Shown: positions 36,401-49,629, numbered from the whole stretch's first letter. The stretch: 62,235 bases of DNA, filler included, from Dimargaris cristalligena (GCA_003614675.1; 20 parts of 20 records of this genome joined end to end with filler, not necessarily neighbours in it); one strand, 5' to 3'. The notes: a model not told the origin generated them from the letters alone. Numbers and translations are program-made.

Positions 36401-37662
36401 CCTTTTTTAGTTCACCTGACCATTCCCTGCCTCCTCACCCGCCAATCCATAGTATACTCTAGAGTGTCTTGGTCTTCCAAGCAAGTAAATCTCAGATATG
36501 GGGCAATTAGGTGAGCTAGGCCAGTTATCTAATAATATAAATTTATTTAAGGCCATCCAACTTCCAGTCGGTGGTGGGCATCTCTAGCTTACTACACCTT
36601 TCTGAAGGACAGCAGGCATGAGCTATAATGTAACACTCACCTAAGACTTTATTAAGTGACCTAGAGCCCAAATATATGCATAATGTGTACATCTACGAAA
36701 AGTACCAATTGTTAGAAATCGCGTAACCTAATGTGATTCCATTATAACTCTGTGAGGAGTATTTTATTCACCCTCCATAACCGCACCCTCCCTTTATTCG
36801 AAATGGGCGCGTCCCCCATTCAATAAACCAGCTCAACTGGAATTGTTATTTCCATTGCGGTTTTCTCTCTGATTCATTTTGACTTTTTATTAGTGATTCT
36901 ATTTCAATTCAATAAAGCTTGCGTTTACCATTCCTTTTACATTCCAACGCCAATTAGTCGTCCTGGCGGCTACTTCCCATTTTCATTTATATTGATTTGA
37001 CGATTGTGGTGAACGGGCCTACTATTGGGATAATTAAAACCGAACAGCGGATGATCATAAGATAGGTGGAGACATAAATATATCGGGGTTTATGTGATTT
37101 TATAGGGAACCGTCTAATGTTAAGTATTGAGCGAAAGTGCGTAGTTAAAAATACTTATGAAGATAAATGGGGTAAATTCTGAAAATGAAGTCAATTGCCT
37201 AATAATAAAATGAATAACTGGAAATACTTAGTTTGGTATCCCTCTATACGGCAGTGGGGAGTAGTCCTCCCTTGGTAGTTGAAAAACGTGTTTCGAAGAG
37301 GAGAACCCAGACCACGGTTATTCAGAGCAATAGTATACGCGTGGTCATACTGGCATTCAATAAGAAATTCGGCGGGACTAGACTTGATAGAAAATTACCA
37401 CTAGTCAATAAGAGTGGACACCCAGGGGATCTAAACTAGAACAGAATTAGTCACCACACGGTGCCTCTTAGAAGGCTAAACCGTTTCTTCACTTGCANNN
37501 NNNNNNNNNNNNNNNNNNNNNNNNNNNNNNNNNNNNNNNNNTTAATTAATTAANNNNNNNNNNNNNNNNNNNNNNNNNNNNNNNNNNNNNNNNNNNNCCC
37601 GAGCCTGAGCCCTAGTCCCGAAAGCGAGACGCTCCCAAATGCCGGCCTAACACATCCACCTA

Positions 37663-38604
37663 TTACACGGAAATGTCCTTTTTGCTGAGGCCCGTCGTCT
37701 TGGTCAAAAAGTCCAGATGTGGGCTAACGTGGGTGAAGAACGAGGTTTTGTCCCCGCTATCGCAGGAAATCTTGTCGCCGGGGTTGGTGCCGAAGCTGGT
37801 GATGCCCAATTGGACCCAGTTGCTCATGTACAGTCCCAGAAGTGGGCCGCCCGAGTCACCCTGGCAAGTTCCCTTGAAGTCGTTCTTGGCCGAACAAATG
37901 TAGGGACCGTTGGAATCCTTAAAGTCCAGTCCATCGATGAGGTCGCAGGCCTCGCGATCATTGGACAAGGCTAGATCCACCTCATACGGCGCGGGGTTGG
38001 CCGACTTTTGATTCTCCTGAGTCTTGCCCCAACCAATGACGCGCGAGGAGTCGTTGTCCTTGATTGTGCCCGTGTAGATCTTGATGGGTTGAATCTTGGC
38101 CGAGTAGACGAGAGGCGTTTCCAGTTTAATGAGGGCGATGTCGTTCACCGGCACGTCTTCCATATAGTAGTCAGGGTGGGCAACAACTTGGGAGATGTTG
38201 TAATTTGTCACGGTGCGAGGGTCCGCCGTGCCGATGGTGACATGGGTAAGGCCGGCTTTGTTAATGCTGCACAGTTTGAGGGAGTCGAACGAGTCAGGAC
38301 AGTCGACTACACAGTGCGCGGCGGTCATAATCCATTCGTTGCTCAAAACACTACCGGAACAAAGGGTGCTTTTGGCACCATTATACACCAACCGGGCCAG
38401 GAAGGGGTAATTGCTGGTGGCTGCCTGGCCACCGTAGACACGGGTAACGTCGGCGGCGGTCACCTGAGGTTGGTCACCAGAGAATACCCGGGGGGCCAGC
38501 TGGGCGGATGGGGTAGCCGGGGCCGCATACGTAGGGGTGTTGATGAGCAGCACTGAACTGGCCCAGAGAGCGGCCGAGGTGAGGGAAATGACGCGCAAGT
38601 ACAT
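37663..38604 (-). CDS. Secreted S1 (trypsin/chymotrypsin-fold) serine protease (313 aa)
   Basis: Signal peptide from MYLRVISL (ATG 38604), activation site R|VYGG, catalytic motifs TAAHC, DIAL and GDSGGP. Confidence 0.95.
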   Translation of the reverse strand: MYLRVISLTSAALWASSVLLINTPTYAAPATPSAQLAPRVFSGDQPQVTAADVTRVYGGQAATSNYPFLARLVYNGAKSTLCSGSVLSNEWIMTAAHCVVDCPDSFDSLKLCSINKAGLTHVTIGTADPRTVTNYNISQVVAHPDYYMEDVPVNDIALIKLETPLVYSAKIQPIKIYTGTIKDNDSSRVIGWGKTQENQKSANPAPYEVDLALSNDREACDLIDGLDFKDSNGPYICSAKNDFKGTCQGDSGGPLLGLYMSNWVQLGITSFGTNPGDKISCDSGDKTSFFTHVSPHLDFLTKTTGLSKKDISV

Positions 38605-40359
38605 GATTAAGCAAGGGGAGGGGCGAAGGGGAAGGAGGGTTACGTATATCGGAGGTTCCTGGGATTGGTTCAAAAAGGGGGATTACGCAATATAAAGCAA
38701 GGCCAAAGTGAAAAATGACTTTTCTGATTGTGTTTGATGCTGGAAAACCTCGTACTAAATACAATGCAACAGTGCAGGATGAAAACAATAAGTTGGTAAA
38801 CTGGGGCTGCGAAGGGTTGCCCATTTATACCATTTACAGATCCGTTCCGGTTACGAAACAGAGAGCCCTAGGCACAATACCCAGCCCATTAAGACGGGAT
38901 CGTACAGCCGTATGGCCCAGGGAATATTGGTAAGCACGGAATAAGGCAAAAGTAGTCTAGTCATTCCCTATATAGTGTAGTTGGCGGACAATAGGTTTCA
39001 TGGGAAAGGGGAGTGTGATATTATTGATGATCTCCATTCCGACCTTTTATTGTTAGTTAGCCAGGGGCTCCACTCAAGGGTGAAGGTCCCGCAGAAGAAA
39101 CGGATATTACAACTATTGGCTTACCAACATGGAAACGACTGGCCCATTGTTTAAACACCAAGTCCATCCTATTTGTTCTTGTTACTAGGCATTATACCTG
39201 GCAATTTCTTTTTGGATTATACAAAGTTCCGCTGAGTATACCCATACTAAAATCGCCACTGTCGTCGGAAAGCGATAGCCAGGGAGGGCTGGTCAGTTAG
39301 AATACTAATGGGGGCTAGAATCTTGTTCAAGTGGGTTTACTACTGCTCGTTCCTTACGAGTTCCCGTAATGCCTAAAACTTTGGCATGCATTGATTTTTG
39401 TCCCGGGTGCTGGCTACTGCAGGCAACATACTAGACAATCGGAAACGGTCATGTCTCTAATCCCACTAATTATCCGAATTTAGACCAACACCGTCATACA
39501 CATGCGACTCTTAACAAGAGAATGCCAAGTATATTCACTTCTTATACTCGGAGCGTGGCTGAGTTATTGTGCAATACCTTTGTTGGTTCCAGGCACGTCT
39601 ACTAATAGTGCAAATACCCAGGCTGGCAATGTCCTGTTTTAAAGGCAGCGGTAAGTTAGCTCACCGTGAGCATGTAGTGCCAATTTATCACTTTTCTTGC
39701 AATAAACGTAATTAGGTGCCAGTACCTAAAGTCGATGGGCAATAGTTCATATCCTAAGCTAGGAGCCCCAACGGCCCCATTTGGTCTAAAAATAAAGTTA
39801 CGCCAGATGGTATTGTGTAGGCATGAATTATAGATGCGTCCGTCAAAGAAGAAGTATAAAAGGTACATTATAACAAAATGATTATCATCATGTCAGAGAG
39901 ATAGTTTTGAAATTCCGATGCCGTAAGCCAAATCAGGTATACTTGTCAATTGGAAGATAGTCGAGAGGACAATAGCAATCGCAAGACAATAGTGCTTTGT
40001 TAATGAACTACCATAGGCTCATATAATAGTTTGCAAAACTTAGTTGGCCAACGTTCTAATCTAATGACCAGCGTATTTTACTGAACTGCCTCTTCTAAAT
40101 CGCGGAAATAGTAAATAGGGGTGACATCCAGCCTGGTTTATGTATGGTATAATGTGGGGTGGTGATTCATTCTAAACCAGGGACAGTTGCCTAATTCTAC
40201 CAGGTTTTTTTCGTTATAAAGCCTCGTTGAACTTCTTCTATACACAGTCAGTCGAAAACTAATTTACCTAAGAGCAACAACCGTTCCCCCGCAAACTTCT
40301 AGAAAAATAAAAATATGTAAGCCCGGCACTGTGGTGTCTAAAAAAAATCAAAAAAAGTT

Positions 40360-40434
40360 TGCCTCATACAGGGATCGAACCTGTGACCTTCGCGTTATTA
40401 GCACGTCGCTCTAAACCAACTGAGCTAATAAGGC
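40360..40434 (-). tRNA. tRNA-Ile (AAT)
   Basis: GCCTTAT-TA-GCTC...GAGC-G-ACGTG-CTAATAA-CGCGA-AGGTC-ACAGG-TTCGATC-CCTGT-ATGAGGC-A. A and B boxes present; oligo-T Pol III terminator just downstream. Confidence 0.95.
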
Positions 40435-40712
40435 ATCTTGTATTGTTACGATGTTGGGCAATGTAAATAGTAATAAAATATAAATATAATAGAAATAATA
40501 CCCTCGGGTACTCGAAAATAACTAAAACAAAATCAAACTTCCGCAGAAGTGCTATCTGGTGGATTCTTTAGCCTCGACTAAAAAGTTGTGTTTATTGATA
40601 AGATATTCCACTNNNNNNNNNNNNNNNNNNNNNNNNNNNNNNNNNNNNNNNNNNNNTTAATTAATTAANNNNNNNNNNNNNNNNNNNNNNNNNNNNNNNN
40701 NNNNNNNNNNNN

Positions 40713-40984
40713 TTTTTAACTGTACTTTGAACAGGGGCACAGTCGGGCCAGGGGCAGTGTGAATGCAAGGGTATAGTCCGGTCAGGGGTAGGGGTGCATC
40801 ATAGTTAAGGGTATAAAAATATACTAATAGAAGAAATACTATACTAATGAAAATGGAGGAAAAATGACTATACTCGTTAGGGGCAGGGGTAGGGGTGTAT
40901 TCACTTATCAGGGGTATACTTCCTATAAGGGTGAAAAATATATATATATAAAAAAGTAGGTAAAAATGTAGTAAGTTCACCACA
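40713..40984 (-). repeat. LTR family B, 5' part, inserted into LTR-A
   Basis: The minus strand begins TGTGGTGAACTTAC. Confidence 0.8.
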
Positions 40985-41388
40985 CCAAGACTCTTTCAGC
41001 TCCCACGAGAGTCTTCCTAATGTGAAGTTATCTGGCTGGATTCTCATCTACTGATATCTTAGTCTTAGAAGTATTTCCCTTGGGACCTCCCTCTGGAGCT
41101 GTCCCTACATATATATAACCAGGCCCCACTGGGACTGGTTCAATTAAGAGCTTATTCATATCCCCCAGTTTACCTCAATAAACTCCATATATACTCATTC
41201 CCCCTTGTACTAACTAGTAAGTGTGCCTGCTGTACATCCCTGACATTTACCTGCATTATCCTTATTGGTTAGTATTATGCCCCCCTCCTAATGCTAGTAG
41301 CCCACTTGGCTGAGCCTAAGCCCCACCTACCATTAGAAGCCTATCCTCAGGACTCTTGATGGATGAAGAGTGGTTAACCTGGGTGACA
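40985..41388 (+). repeat. LTR family A, 5'-truncated
   Basis: Ends GTGGTTAACCTGGGTGACA. Confidence 0.85.
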
Positions 41389-44300
41389 ATAACAAAAGCA
41401 TAGTAGAATAATGGTGATTTATTTTACTTAAATAATTAGCTAACTTGTAGTGCAAATAAGTGGATCATGATAACCCCCTTCTGGATACTATCTAATATGT
41501 GTGTAATAGTGCATAGACTCCTACTTAATTATATATTAGTTTTATTAGTTCATATCCAAGAGCCCTACCACTTCCATTGTGCACAGATTCATCACCTCTA
41601 CTTATTAGCATCATAGGCCTATCCCTGGGATCTTAAACAGACTAAGAGTGGTGAACCCAGGTTACATTTACCAACTTTATTGTAGCTAGTCTACTAATAT
41701 TCCTTCAATATGTAGCAAAACCAATTTAATGAACTATTTTTCTGGGGATAAGGATGTATGGGTATAAAGGTATGATAATGGAAAGAGTGTATTGAATATA
41801 TGAATGGTAAGGTAGGAATGGTTGAATAAAGATGGTCTTTTAGGAGCTAGATTATCATGTCCAATTGAAGGAACCAGGTAATGATAACACCTAGTTCCCG
41901 AATATGAGAATGCCTTTAATCCCGTAGATTATGTGTTTATTAACTGTAGATGACTTCCACCTTCTGTTAAACTGTATGGTTGGTTTCGACTTGCCTGCTA
42001 ACCCTCGGTTTATCATATATAACTCACACCACCAGCCCGCATATACAAGTTTATTATCCACCCCACACTTATCATCCACCACTTCATCCCGCAATTCTTA
42101 TAAACTCACTCCAGCCTAATTTTCCGTTTTAGCTTATTAGTTCACCCTATCACCTACTACATACCGCCCACCAACCATATTCTTAGCCATATATTACAGA
42201 ATCATGCTCATAGAACACGCGACCAACGGTTTGGAACATGTACCTATTAACAGTAAGTCAGTATAAATTATTATTACATTGTGATTACTAAAGACTCTGT
42301 CATTGGAATCTAAATACGCTGCGATGTCGCCGTGTTTTACCCTTCACTGGATGATTACATTGCCTTTATTACCAACTTATTTTATTCGACTGGGTTGGGT
42401 AAGTAATTAGACGATAAACGGGGGGTGTTAATAATAATTAGACTAATATCATTTATGTATATACATATAAATCATCAATTTTACGTTGATGTGCACTTGT
42501 ATTTTTTTCCGGACGTCTAGAATGGGTTATAGTTACATTCCGCGCTACTCCTTTCAAGTGGTTTGAAGTCAAAGTCGACGTTCCAGATGTATTTCAGAAT
42601 ACGGTTAGGTTGACCGACTACTGTCGAAATACCTGTATCACCCCGGCCAAAGATATTATCTTTGAATATAGATTTCCGACCGATGGTCCATATTCAAGCT
42701 TTAATGACCAAATACCGGCTTAGCTGGTGAATCGTACGATTTAACTTCCCATTAGTGAAATATTCGAGTGGCAACAATTCATATTTTGAAAAACTTGCCG
42801 AATACGACAAAAATTTCTACTCTTTCGGGAAGTAACTATTCTGACAAATAATTTAACTAAATTTTATTTATAACTACTGCTTAAAGGCACTTGTTGAAGG
42901 GGGCCCTCTTCGAAAAAGATGCTTTCATTCTAAGCATTTATTTCATAATCCTTTACGATTTTATATCATCCCTGAAATAATGGGTTATGAAATTAATATA
43001 GGTTAAAGTTGGCGCAGCTGTAAAAGGGTTTACATGTTTTAGATAATACTAGGTGAGATATTAATTTTTTTAACCAGCAGTATCAATCACCCCGTCGGCT
43101 GAATTGTTCGCTTTACAGCCTTGTTGAACTTCGCCCATAATATAGTTGTTAAAACGGCATATGTTTCTCATTGTAGGTAAATGTTTTCAACTGTTTCAAA
43201 TTTTACTATATCCAATTTCGCCTTGATTTCTTTATATTTGATCAACATCACCAAACCTTGTACTATAAGACTCAGCCCTGATGGCAATATATTTGCCCCT
43301 GGTCTTTTCTTCATTTTTTGGTTGCAATTCTCTCACCCTCTCCTTGTACTCCGCGCCGACATTCCACATTAGCTGCACACGGGGCCTCTTTTCCCATTCC
43401 TGCCCTTTTATTTGTTTATTATTTTACCAACATCGATGTGGTCAGTCTATTAGTTCTCTTAAAAGTGTTTCAAAATTGGTATAATGGAGTCGCGCAGGAA
43501 ATAGGGATGATTAATAGTATAGACGGCATGAATATCAGGGTGCACTAGGTATTTGAATACAGGATGGGAATGGCTGAAGGGTTTCGTGTCACCGGGGATA
43601 TAGGGGTACAATGATAAATATTCGATAATCAATAGACTTGGGGGATACTAAAAACACTTGTGATACTTGGAGAAACACTATAACATGGATAATCCTTGGA
43701 AGCGACACTAAAGTGATACTGACGAANNNNNNNNNNNNNNNNNNNNNNNNNNNNNNNNNNNNNNNNNNNNTTAATTAATTAANNNNNNNNNNNNNNNNNN
43801 NNNNNNNNNNNNNNNNNNNNNNNNNNGGGCTTGGAAATACTGGCGAAAATACGAACTTCGATAAGTAGGCGACTGTCGGGTTTCCGTCCCAGGATTACGC
43901 CGTCTTTTATATGGGAATGTGGCTACTATATAAATGCCAATTGCTTCGCAGAATAGATACATAGAGGATTGAGAGCAACACTATCACATACATACATTGG
44001 AAATACACCGACATTAAAATAAATTACAAGCTATTAATTGCAGTAATGGCAAAAATACAAACTGTCACAGTCGACGGTGGCTGGGCAAAAGCAATCTAAT
44101 CGTGGAACCGGTGGGTTACTTATAGATGGGATGCGATACCAGCCGTTGACATACAGCCATGGCAAATCGGACGACACTAGACATTGTCACCTCCTAGATA
44201 ATACCCCAAGTCTAAGCGCCCATATTTTGAGGTCACCCCTTGTGTTCCCTTTTGCTAAAGTCCAAGTCGAGGCGACTCCTGTCGCTGTATTAGATAGGAA

Positions 44301-45170
44301 GCCTGTTCCGAGGACTCTTGTACGCCATTAGAGAGATTAACCACGATAAATACCGGTATTATTAGAGTGGGATTGCCCATCGAAAGAGCCGTTTGCACTC
44401 GAGACCAGGGATTGGCCCGATTTGAAGAATAGGCGCTCATCAACGGACGACAGCACAGTATTGGTGAGGAGGACCGCCAACCGATAGGATGATCGGGCGG
44501 GGGAACAATTGGGGTGGGATTAGAGCAATTGGAAACCACCTCAACTGGATTCGCGTAGTTGCCCCTTTTCGAGAGACAAATGGGCGGATACCTCGTAAAA
44601 AAATTCGAGACTTAGTGCTTGTTGCCCCCTCATCCGCCTAACCTTTACCGGATACTGGCTTCTCCAGCTAGGTGGGTGATCTGGGTCGATCTGGGGTTTT
44701 CAATCAAGGCTGATTCTCTACTATACCGAAGTTGGGCGAAACTGCCTGTAAAGCTAATCGGATCGCCAGTCAACACAGGAGCTGATCTACCCCACACACA
44801 ACTAAACTATTTAAATGGCTTTAGTGAGGTGTGGCCAGATCATATTTGAGGGTATCGAGATGGGTGCCGCAATTAGGGAATGGCTTTTAATGCCCTACGT
44901 AAGGCATGTCGCAAATGATTTACTAAAGCGATCCCGGGGTTGATATTTTTTGCACATCCCTAAAGCCCGACATTAAAAGCCTCAACGTCAGGCCACAGTA
45001 GGCTACTTGGGGGTATAAAACTAGCTATGCCCCCTCCCCAGTTTTATTACATCGTATCCAGCTCCTCATCCATCATTCTGAAATATTCTTGACTCTCTCC
45101 CAACCACACTGTTTCATTAGGTCGTATTTTAAATTCCCCGCCACTTTAAGATTCCCTGTACATTATAACC

Positions 45171-45515
45171 ATGAAGTTCATTGGATCCCTTTTTACCACT
45201 GCTATCCTAGCTGCTACCCTTGGGACAGCTGTACCCGTGGTCCCTGAAATTCCCCGCAACTCCGTTGAGTTATCCAAACGCTCCCAAGCACATCGCCGTC
45301 GCTTATTTCTATTGATCGACTCTGAACAATCTGGCCACTTGTATAGACGGACTCCATCCCCAGTGCCCATCCCTAAACAGCACAAATATGAATATAGCAG
45401 CTCAGACGAAAAAAGCAACTCCGAGTCAACTGAACCGATTCAGATCATCGATGTTAAGACTGTGCCTGCTCTTTTAATGGTCCAATTACGCAAATCTTTT
45501 ACTGCACCTTTCTAG
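45171..45515 (+). CDS. Small secreted precursor (114 aa) with KR/RRR/RR sites
   Basis: Signal MKFIGSLFTTAILAATLGTA, then LSKR, HRRR and HLYRR followed by TP-SP-VP-IP dipeptides. TATAAAA at ~45015; ACCATG context. Confidence 0.7.
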   Translation: MKFIGSLFTTAILAATLGTAVPVVPEIPRNSVELSKRSQAHRRRLFLLIDSEQSGHLYRRTPSPVPIPKQHKYEYSSSDEKSNSESTEPIQIIDVKTVPALLMVQLRKSFTAPF

Positions 45516-46004
45516 TTATCAGAGCCACACCATTTAAACACTTCCTCGTTCAAATAGATTCAAATCCTAATGAGTGAGCTCTCAACTTGGTCAATGTAAA
45601 AGATACCCAAGGGCTACCTTATTTCGTCGTTCAAAATATTTTGCACGCCTCCTTTTACCTGTCGGGGTCTTTTGTACCAGTTAATATTGCCCCCACTGCT
45701 TATCAATGGTTTGGTAGATACTCTCACAATTATAATTAAATAAACGCCTAATTTTTCAAACGATTATCCGGTAAATTGCCCGTGAATATGGGTTTATTTT
45801 ATTATTTTAGCTGACCTCTTAATCTATTCTCAGTATAAGTTTCGGGTCTTACATTAATGGCATCCCAGTAAAATAAAATAGTAAAATGGTATTATAATTG
45901 ACTACCTGGCTGTGAGGTAAGTGGATACCATATCCCCCTAGGGGGATCAAAAGAGTATGTAAGTAGGCCCATTAAATCAAACCTTTTTAATCTAATTTAT
46001 TCCA

Positions 46005-46598
46005 TGTTGGACCATCTAATCCACCCTAATTTGCCCTAATTTAGACACCTTAGTGTCCATCCCCATTAGGCCTTATAGTACCATATTAACCTTCCCATGG
46101 TCACCCCTGGTACTATGGGATTACCCTATATTATATAAACTTTCCTCTTCCAGACTTTGCCTCTTTGCACTAATCACTCAAATGCTAATCCAAAGACTCT
46201 TCCAGTTACCATTAGAGTTTTCTAGACCCTAACAGCTATCCCATTGGCCTATTTATTATACCTTAGTCTTAGTAGCATCCTCCTTCAGGGACCTCCCTTT
46301 AGAGTTGCCCCCTAAATATATATAACTGGACCCCATTGGAATGGGTTAGATTCTTTAGCTTATTCTTACTCCCTAGTTTACCCCTAATAAACCCCATATA
46401 TACTCACCCTCCTGTACTGACCATTAAGTGTACCCACCACATACCCCTTTCTTATACTTATATTAAGAGCCTTTATTAGTTAGTACTATACCTATACCTA
46501 ATGCTAGTAACCCACTTGGCTAAGCCCAAGCCCCATCCACCATTAGGAGCTTATCCTCAGGACTCTTGATGGACTAAGAGTAGTTAACCCAGGTGACA
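46005..46598 (+). repeat. LTR family A, full length, decayed
   Basis: TGTTGGACC...CCCAGGTGACA. Confidence 0.8.
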
Positions 46599-46705
46599 AG
46601 TAAGGATAAGATAAATAATCTTAGTCCTGGTGACCACAGTAGTGTAAAGATTACTACAGGATACCAGCTTAATATCCAATTCATGACTGTAGGTGTTGGC
46701 CCACC

Positions 46706-46839
46706 TGTGGTGAACTTACCTCATTTTTTACCTACTTTTATTTTTTTATCTATTTTTCGCACTTATCGGAAGTATGCCCCTGACGAGTGAATGAGCCCCT
46801 GCCCCTGCCCCTGACGAGTATGGTTATTTTACCTCCATT
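46706..46839 (+). repeat. LTR family B, 5' end
   Basis: TGTGGTGAACTTACC; retains several CpGs. Confidence 0.8.
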
Positions 46840-46939
46840 NNNNNNNNNNNNNNNNNNNNNNNNNNNNNNNNNNNNNNNNNNNNTTAATTAATTAANNNNN
46901 NNNNNNNNNNNNNNNNNNNNNNNNNNNNNNNNNNNNNNN

Positions 46940-46994
46940 TCTATTATTTTGGTATTGCACCCATTGCCCGATATTGCCTGGGGGTATTGGACAA
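46940..46994 (+). repeat. 55-bp terminal direct repeat of the ARG4 contig (copy at 49894-49948)
   Basis: The first and last 55 nt of contig 46940-49948 are identical. Confidence 0.97.
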
Positions 46995-47996
46995 TCCCAG
47001 CCTTACCTATGTTGTCTCCCGAGCCCCTGTTTTATGTTGGCCAATTTACTTTAGCCCATTATTAGAGTACCCTCCCCATCATATTGGAGCATCCAGAATC
47101 ATTTAGCCTTTTTTCCTTCCAATTTTTTGTTTAATTAACTTCAGCAACTGGACTGTCATTTCTTTATATACACCTTTTCAATTTCTTTTCTTGTTGAGAT
47201 ACTACGGACTCTTTTCTTTTACTTTTTCAACCCTTTCAATATTATCCCAATTTTTTCCTTAATCAGCCATGTCAAGGAATAAATGCCCCTCATATACACC
47301 TTAGGAGTTTTGGTAAATGATTTGATGTGGCTTTTGGCACAATGCAAACGCACTTAAAGAGAAATTGCGTTATATTCTATTTACAGACTCTCCTCAATCT
47401 ATCTCGTTAACTGATACGATGAGGTCGACTTGAGTCGGAACTTCGCCCTTCCTTCATGATGTATCCACTTGGTTGATCTTACTGGGCGTAGTGGACTGGG
47501 AGGACTCCTTGGTTTATTTCGGGGCCTTGTTTATCGTTTTAATCACCCCCGAGTATGCATCCTTGAGTCTGAGCTAGGGTAGTCGGTAGAATGATCGACT
47601 CTAATGGGCTTAATTTGGAATACCAGTCACTAGATATGGCACGGCAGTGGAGGGCTTCTAATGACCCACAGCTATACAGTGGTAGTATGGAATGAAGCAA
47701 CATATCAACGAAGTACATTTGCTATTGATTGGTCCCCATGGCCATGAAGAGTCATAATGACTTGGTGATCGTATATCTTTGAGCCATGTCATTTGCTATA
47801 GGGGCAATACAGCCCGACATGCCCTAACGGAGTTTTTGCGTATGCCGTAAGGCCTATTCGATTGATTGAAGGGGGGGGGGCAAGTATAGACCACCATTCC
47901 CTTTGGTAGCTTTTTTTCCCTCCATAATTTTACACAGGTATCAAAGAGAAAGACCGGCCGAATAGGGGTTTAGCCCTACATAGTGAAACATCCTCT

Positions 47997-48112
47997 CTAT
48001 ATAAAATACCCTTAGTCTAGCTCTGTAGCCTAAGCCTTCTTTTGGTACGCCCCGCAATTTTACCCTCTGTTGACTGTCTTTCGCACTCTGTTTAACTGTG
48101 ATTACTATTTAG
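47997..48112 (+). promoter_or_regulatory. ARG4 TATA box and putative 68-nt 5'-UTR intron (48045-48112)
   Basis: CTATATAAAA; GTACGC...TTTAAC...TTTAG. A Gcn4/CpcA-like GAGTCAT lies at ~47749. Confidence 0.4.
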
Positions 48113-48252
48113 AGTGACTTGTGATCCCACCTTGTCTCACCACCCCCCGCCTTTCTCTTTTTAAACCGCCTACTGCGCCGATCCTATCTGTGACTCTTCA
48201 CCGCATTATTCTCCCTTTCCCTTTTCGCCCTTCCATATTCTCTACCCACACC

Positions 48253-49629
48253 ATGTCGACCAAGAAACTCTGGGGTGGCCGTTTCACCGGTGCCACTGAT
48301 CCCCTGATGGACCAGTTCAACGAGTCGATCCACTTTGACCGTCGTATGTTCAAGGCCGATATCATGGGCTCCCAGGCCTACGTCAAGGCTCTCTGCAAGC
48401 GCCATATTTTGACCGCCGACGAGGCCCGCACGCTGGACCAGGGGCTTAGCGCCGTGCAGGCCGAATGGGAAGCCGGTACCTTTACCATCAAGGCCGGCGA
48501 CGAAGATATCCACACCGCCAACGAACGCCGGCTGGGTGAACTCGTGGGGTCGGTAGCCGGTAAGCTGCATACGGGGCGCAGCCGGAACGACCAAGTGGCC
48601 ACCGATATGCGTCTGTGGCTGCGCGACGCTGCCCGGGAGTTGGTGGAATTAACCCGCGACCTGGTCCGGAGTACCGTGGAGCGGGCCGAGGCGGAAATGG
48701 ACGTGCTCATGCCCGGGTACACCCATCTGCAGCGCGCCCAGCCTATCCGGTGGAGCCATTTCCTCCTCAGCTACGCCTGGAACTGGCAGCAGGATACCCA
48801 GCGGTTGGAACAACTGATTGAACGGTTCAACGTATTGCCCCTCGGCGCCGGCGCGCTAGCTGGTAATCCGTTTGAAGTGGACCGCGAGTTCCTGGCCCGG
48901 GAACTCGGGTTCCGCGACGTCATCCCCAACAGTTTGGTGGCCGTCGGCGACCGTGACTTCGTCTCCGAATTCCTCTTCTGGTGCAGTCTCACCATGATGC
49001 ATGTATCCCGGATCGCCGAGGACCTGATCACTTATAGTTCCAGCGAATTCGGCTACGTTTCGTTGGCCGATGCCTACAGTACCGGCAGTAGCCTGATGCC
49101 CCAAAAGAAGAACCCCGATAGTTTGGAGTTGCTGCGCGGTAAGTCCGGCCGCGTCTTCGGGTCCCTGTCTGGTTTTCTCATGACCGTCAAGGGTCTACCA
49201 AGCACCTACAATAAGGATCTGCAGGAAGATAAGGAACCCATGTTCGATGCCTATGACACCCTCCACGGCTGTCTCCAGATTCTGACCCGGGTGATTGCCA
49301 CTTTGAAAATCAACCCTGACCGTATGCGGCAGAGTCTGAGCCCCGATATGCTGGCCACCGATTTGGCCGAGTACCTGGTGCGTAAGGGGGTTCCTTTCCG
49401 CGAAACTCACCACATCTCCGGGGCGGCGGTGCGCATGGCCGAGGAACGTCAAGTGCCTTTGTCGAGCCTAACCGTGGCTGATCTCCAAACGCTGCACACA
49501 TCCTTTGCCGACGATGTCAGTGCCGTGTGGGACTACGAACGGAGCATCGATAACCGCTCCAGCATCGGAGGTACCAGCCGGAAAACGGTCGAGGCCCAGA
49601 TTGCCGCTCTGCAGAAATGGTTGGCCTAA
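48253..49629 (+). CDS. ARG4: Argininosuccinate lyase (458 aa)
   Basis: KLWGGRF, EDIHTANERRL, LHTGRSRNDQV, MPGYTHLQRAQP, signature GSSLMPQKKNPD, YNKDLQEDK. The real start is the ATG at 48253. Confidence 0.99.
   Translation: MSTKKLWGGRFTGATDPLMDQFNESIHFDRRMFKADIMGSQAYVKALCKRHILTADEARTLDQGLSAVQAEWEAGTFTIKAGDEDIHTANERRLGELVGSVAGKLHTGRSRNDQVATDMRLWLRDAARELVELTRDLVRSTVERAEAEMDVLMPGYTHLQRAQPIRWSHFLLSYAWNWQQDTQRLEQLIERFNVLPLGAGALAGNPFEVDREFLARELGFRDVIPNSLVAVGDRDFVSEFLFWCSLTMMHVSRIAEDLITYSSSEFGYVSLADAYSTGSSLMPQKKNPDSLELLRGKSGRVFGSLSGFLMTVKGLPSTYNKDLQEDKEPMFDAYDTLHGCLQILTRVIATLKINPDRMRQSLSPDMLATDLAEYLVRKGVPFRETHHISGAAVRMAEERQVPLSSLTVADLQTLHTSFADDVSAVWDYERSIDNRSSIGGTSRKTVEAQIAALQKWLA

Noticed and set aside
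46776-46825. Hammerhead ribozyme (CTGACGA/CTGATGA twice in LTR-B)
   Set aside because: No downstream GAAA core or supporting stems could be found.
48121-48252. 44-aa N-terminal extension of ARG4 from a GTG start
   Set aside because: Pyrimidine-rich 5' UTR. Homology and a good start context begin at ATG 48253.
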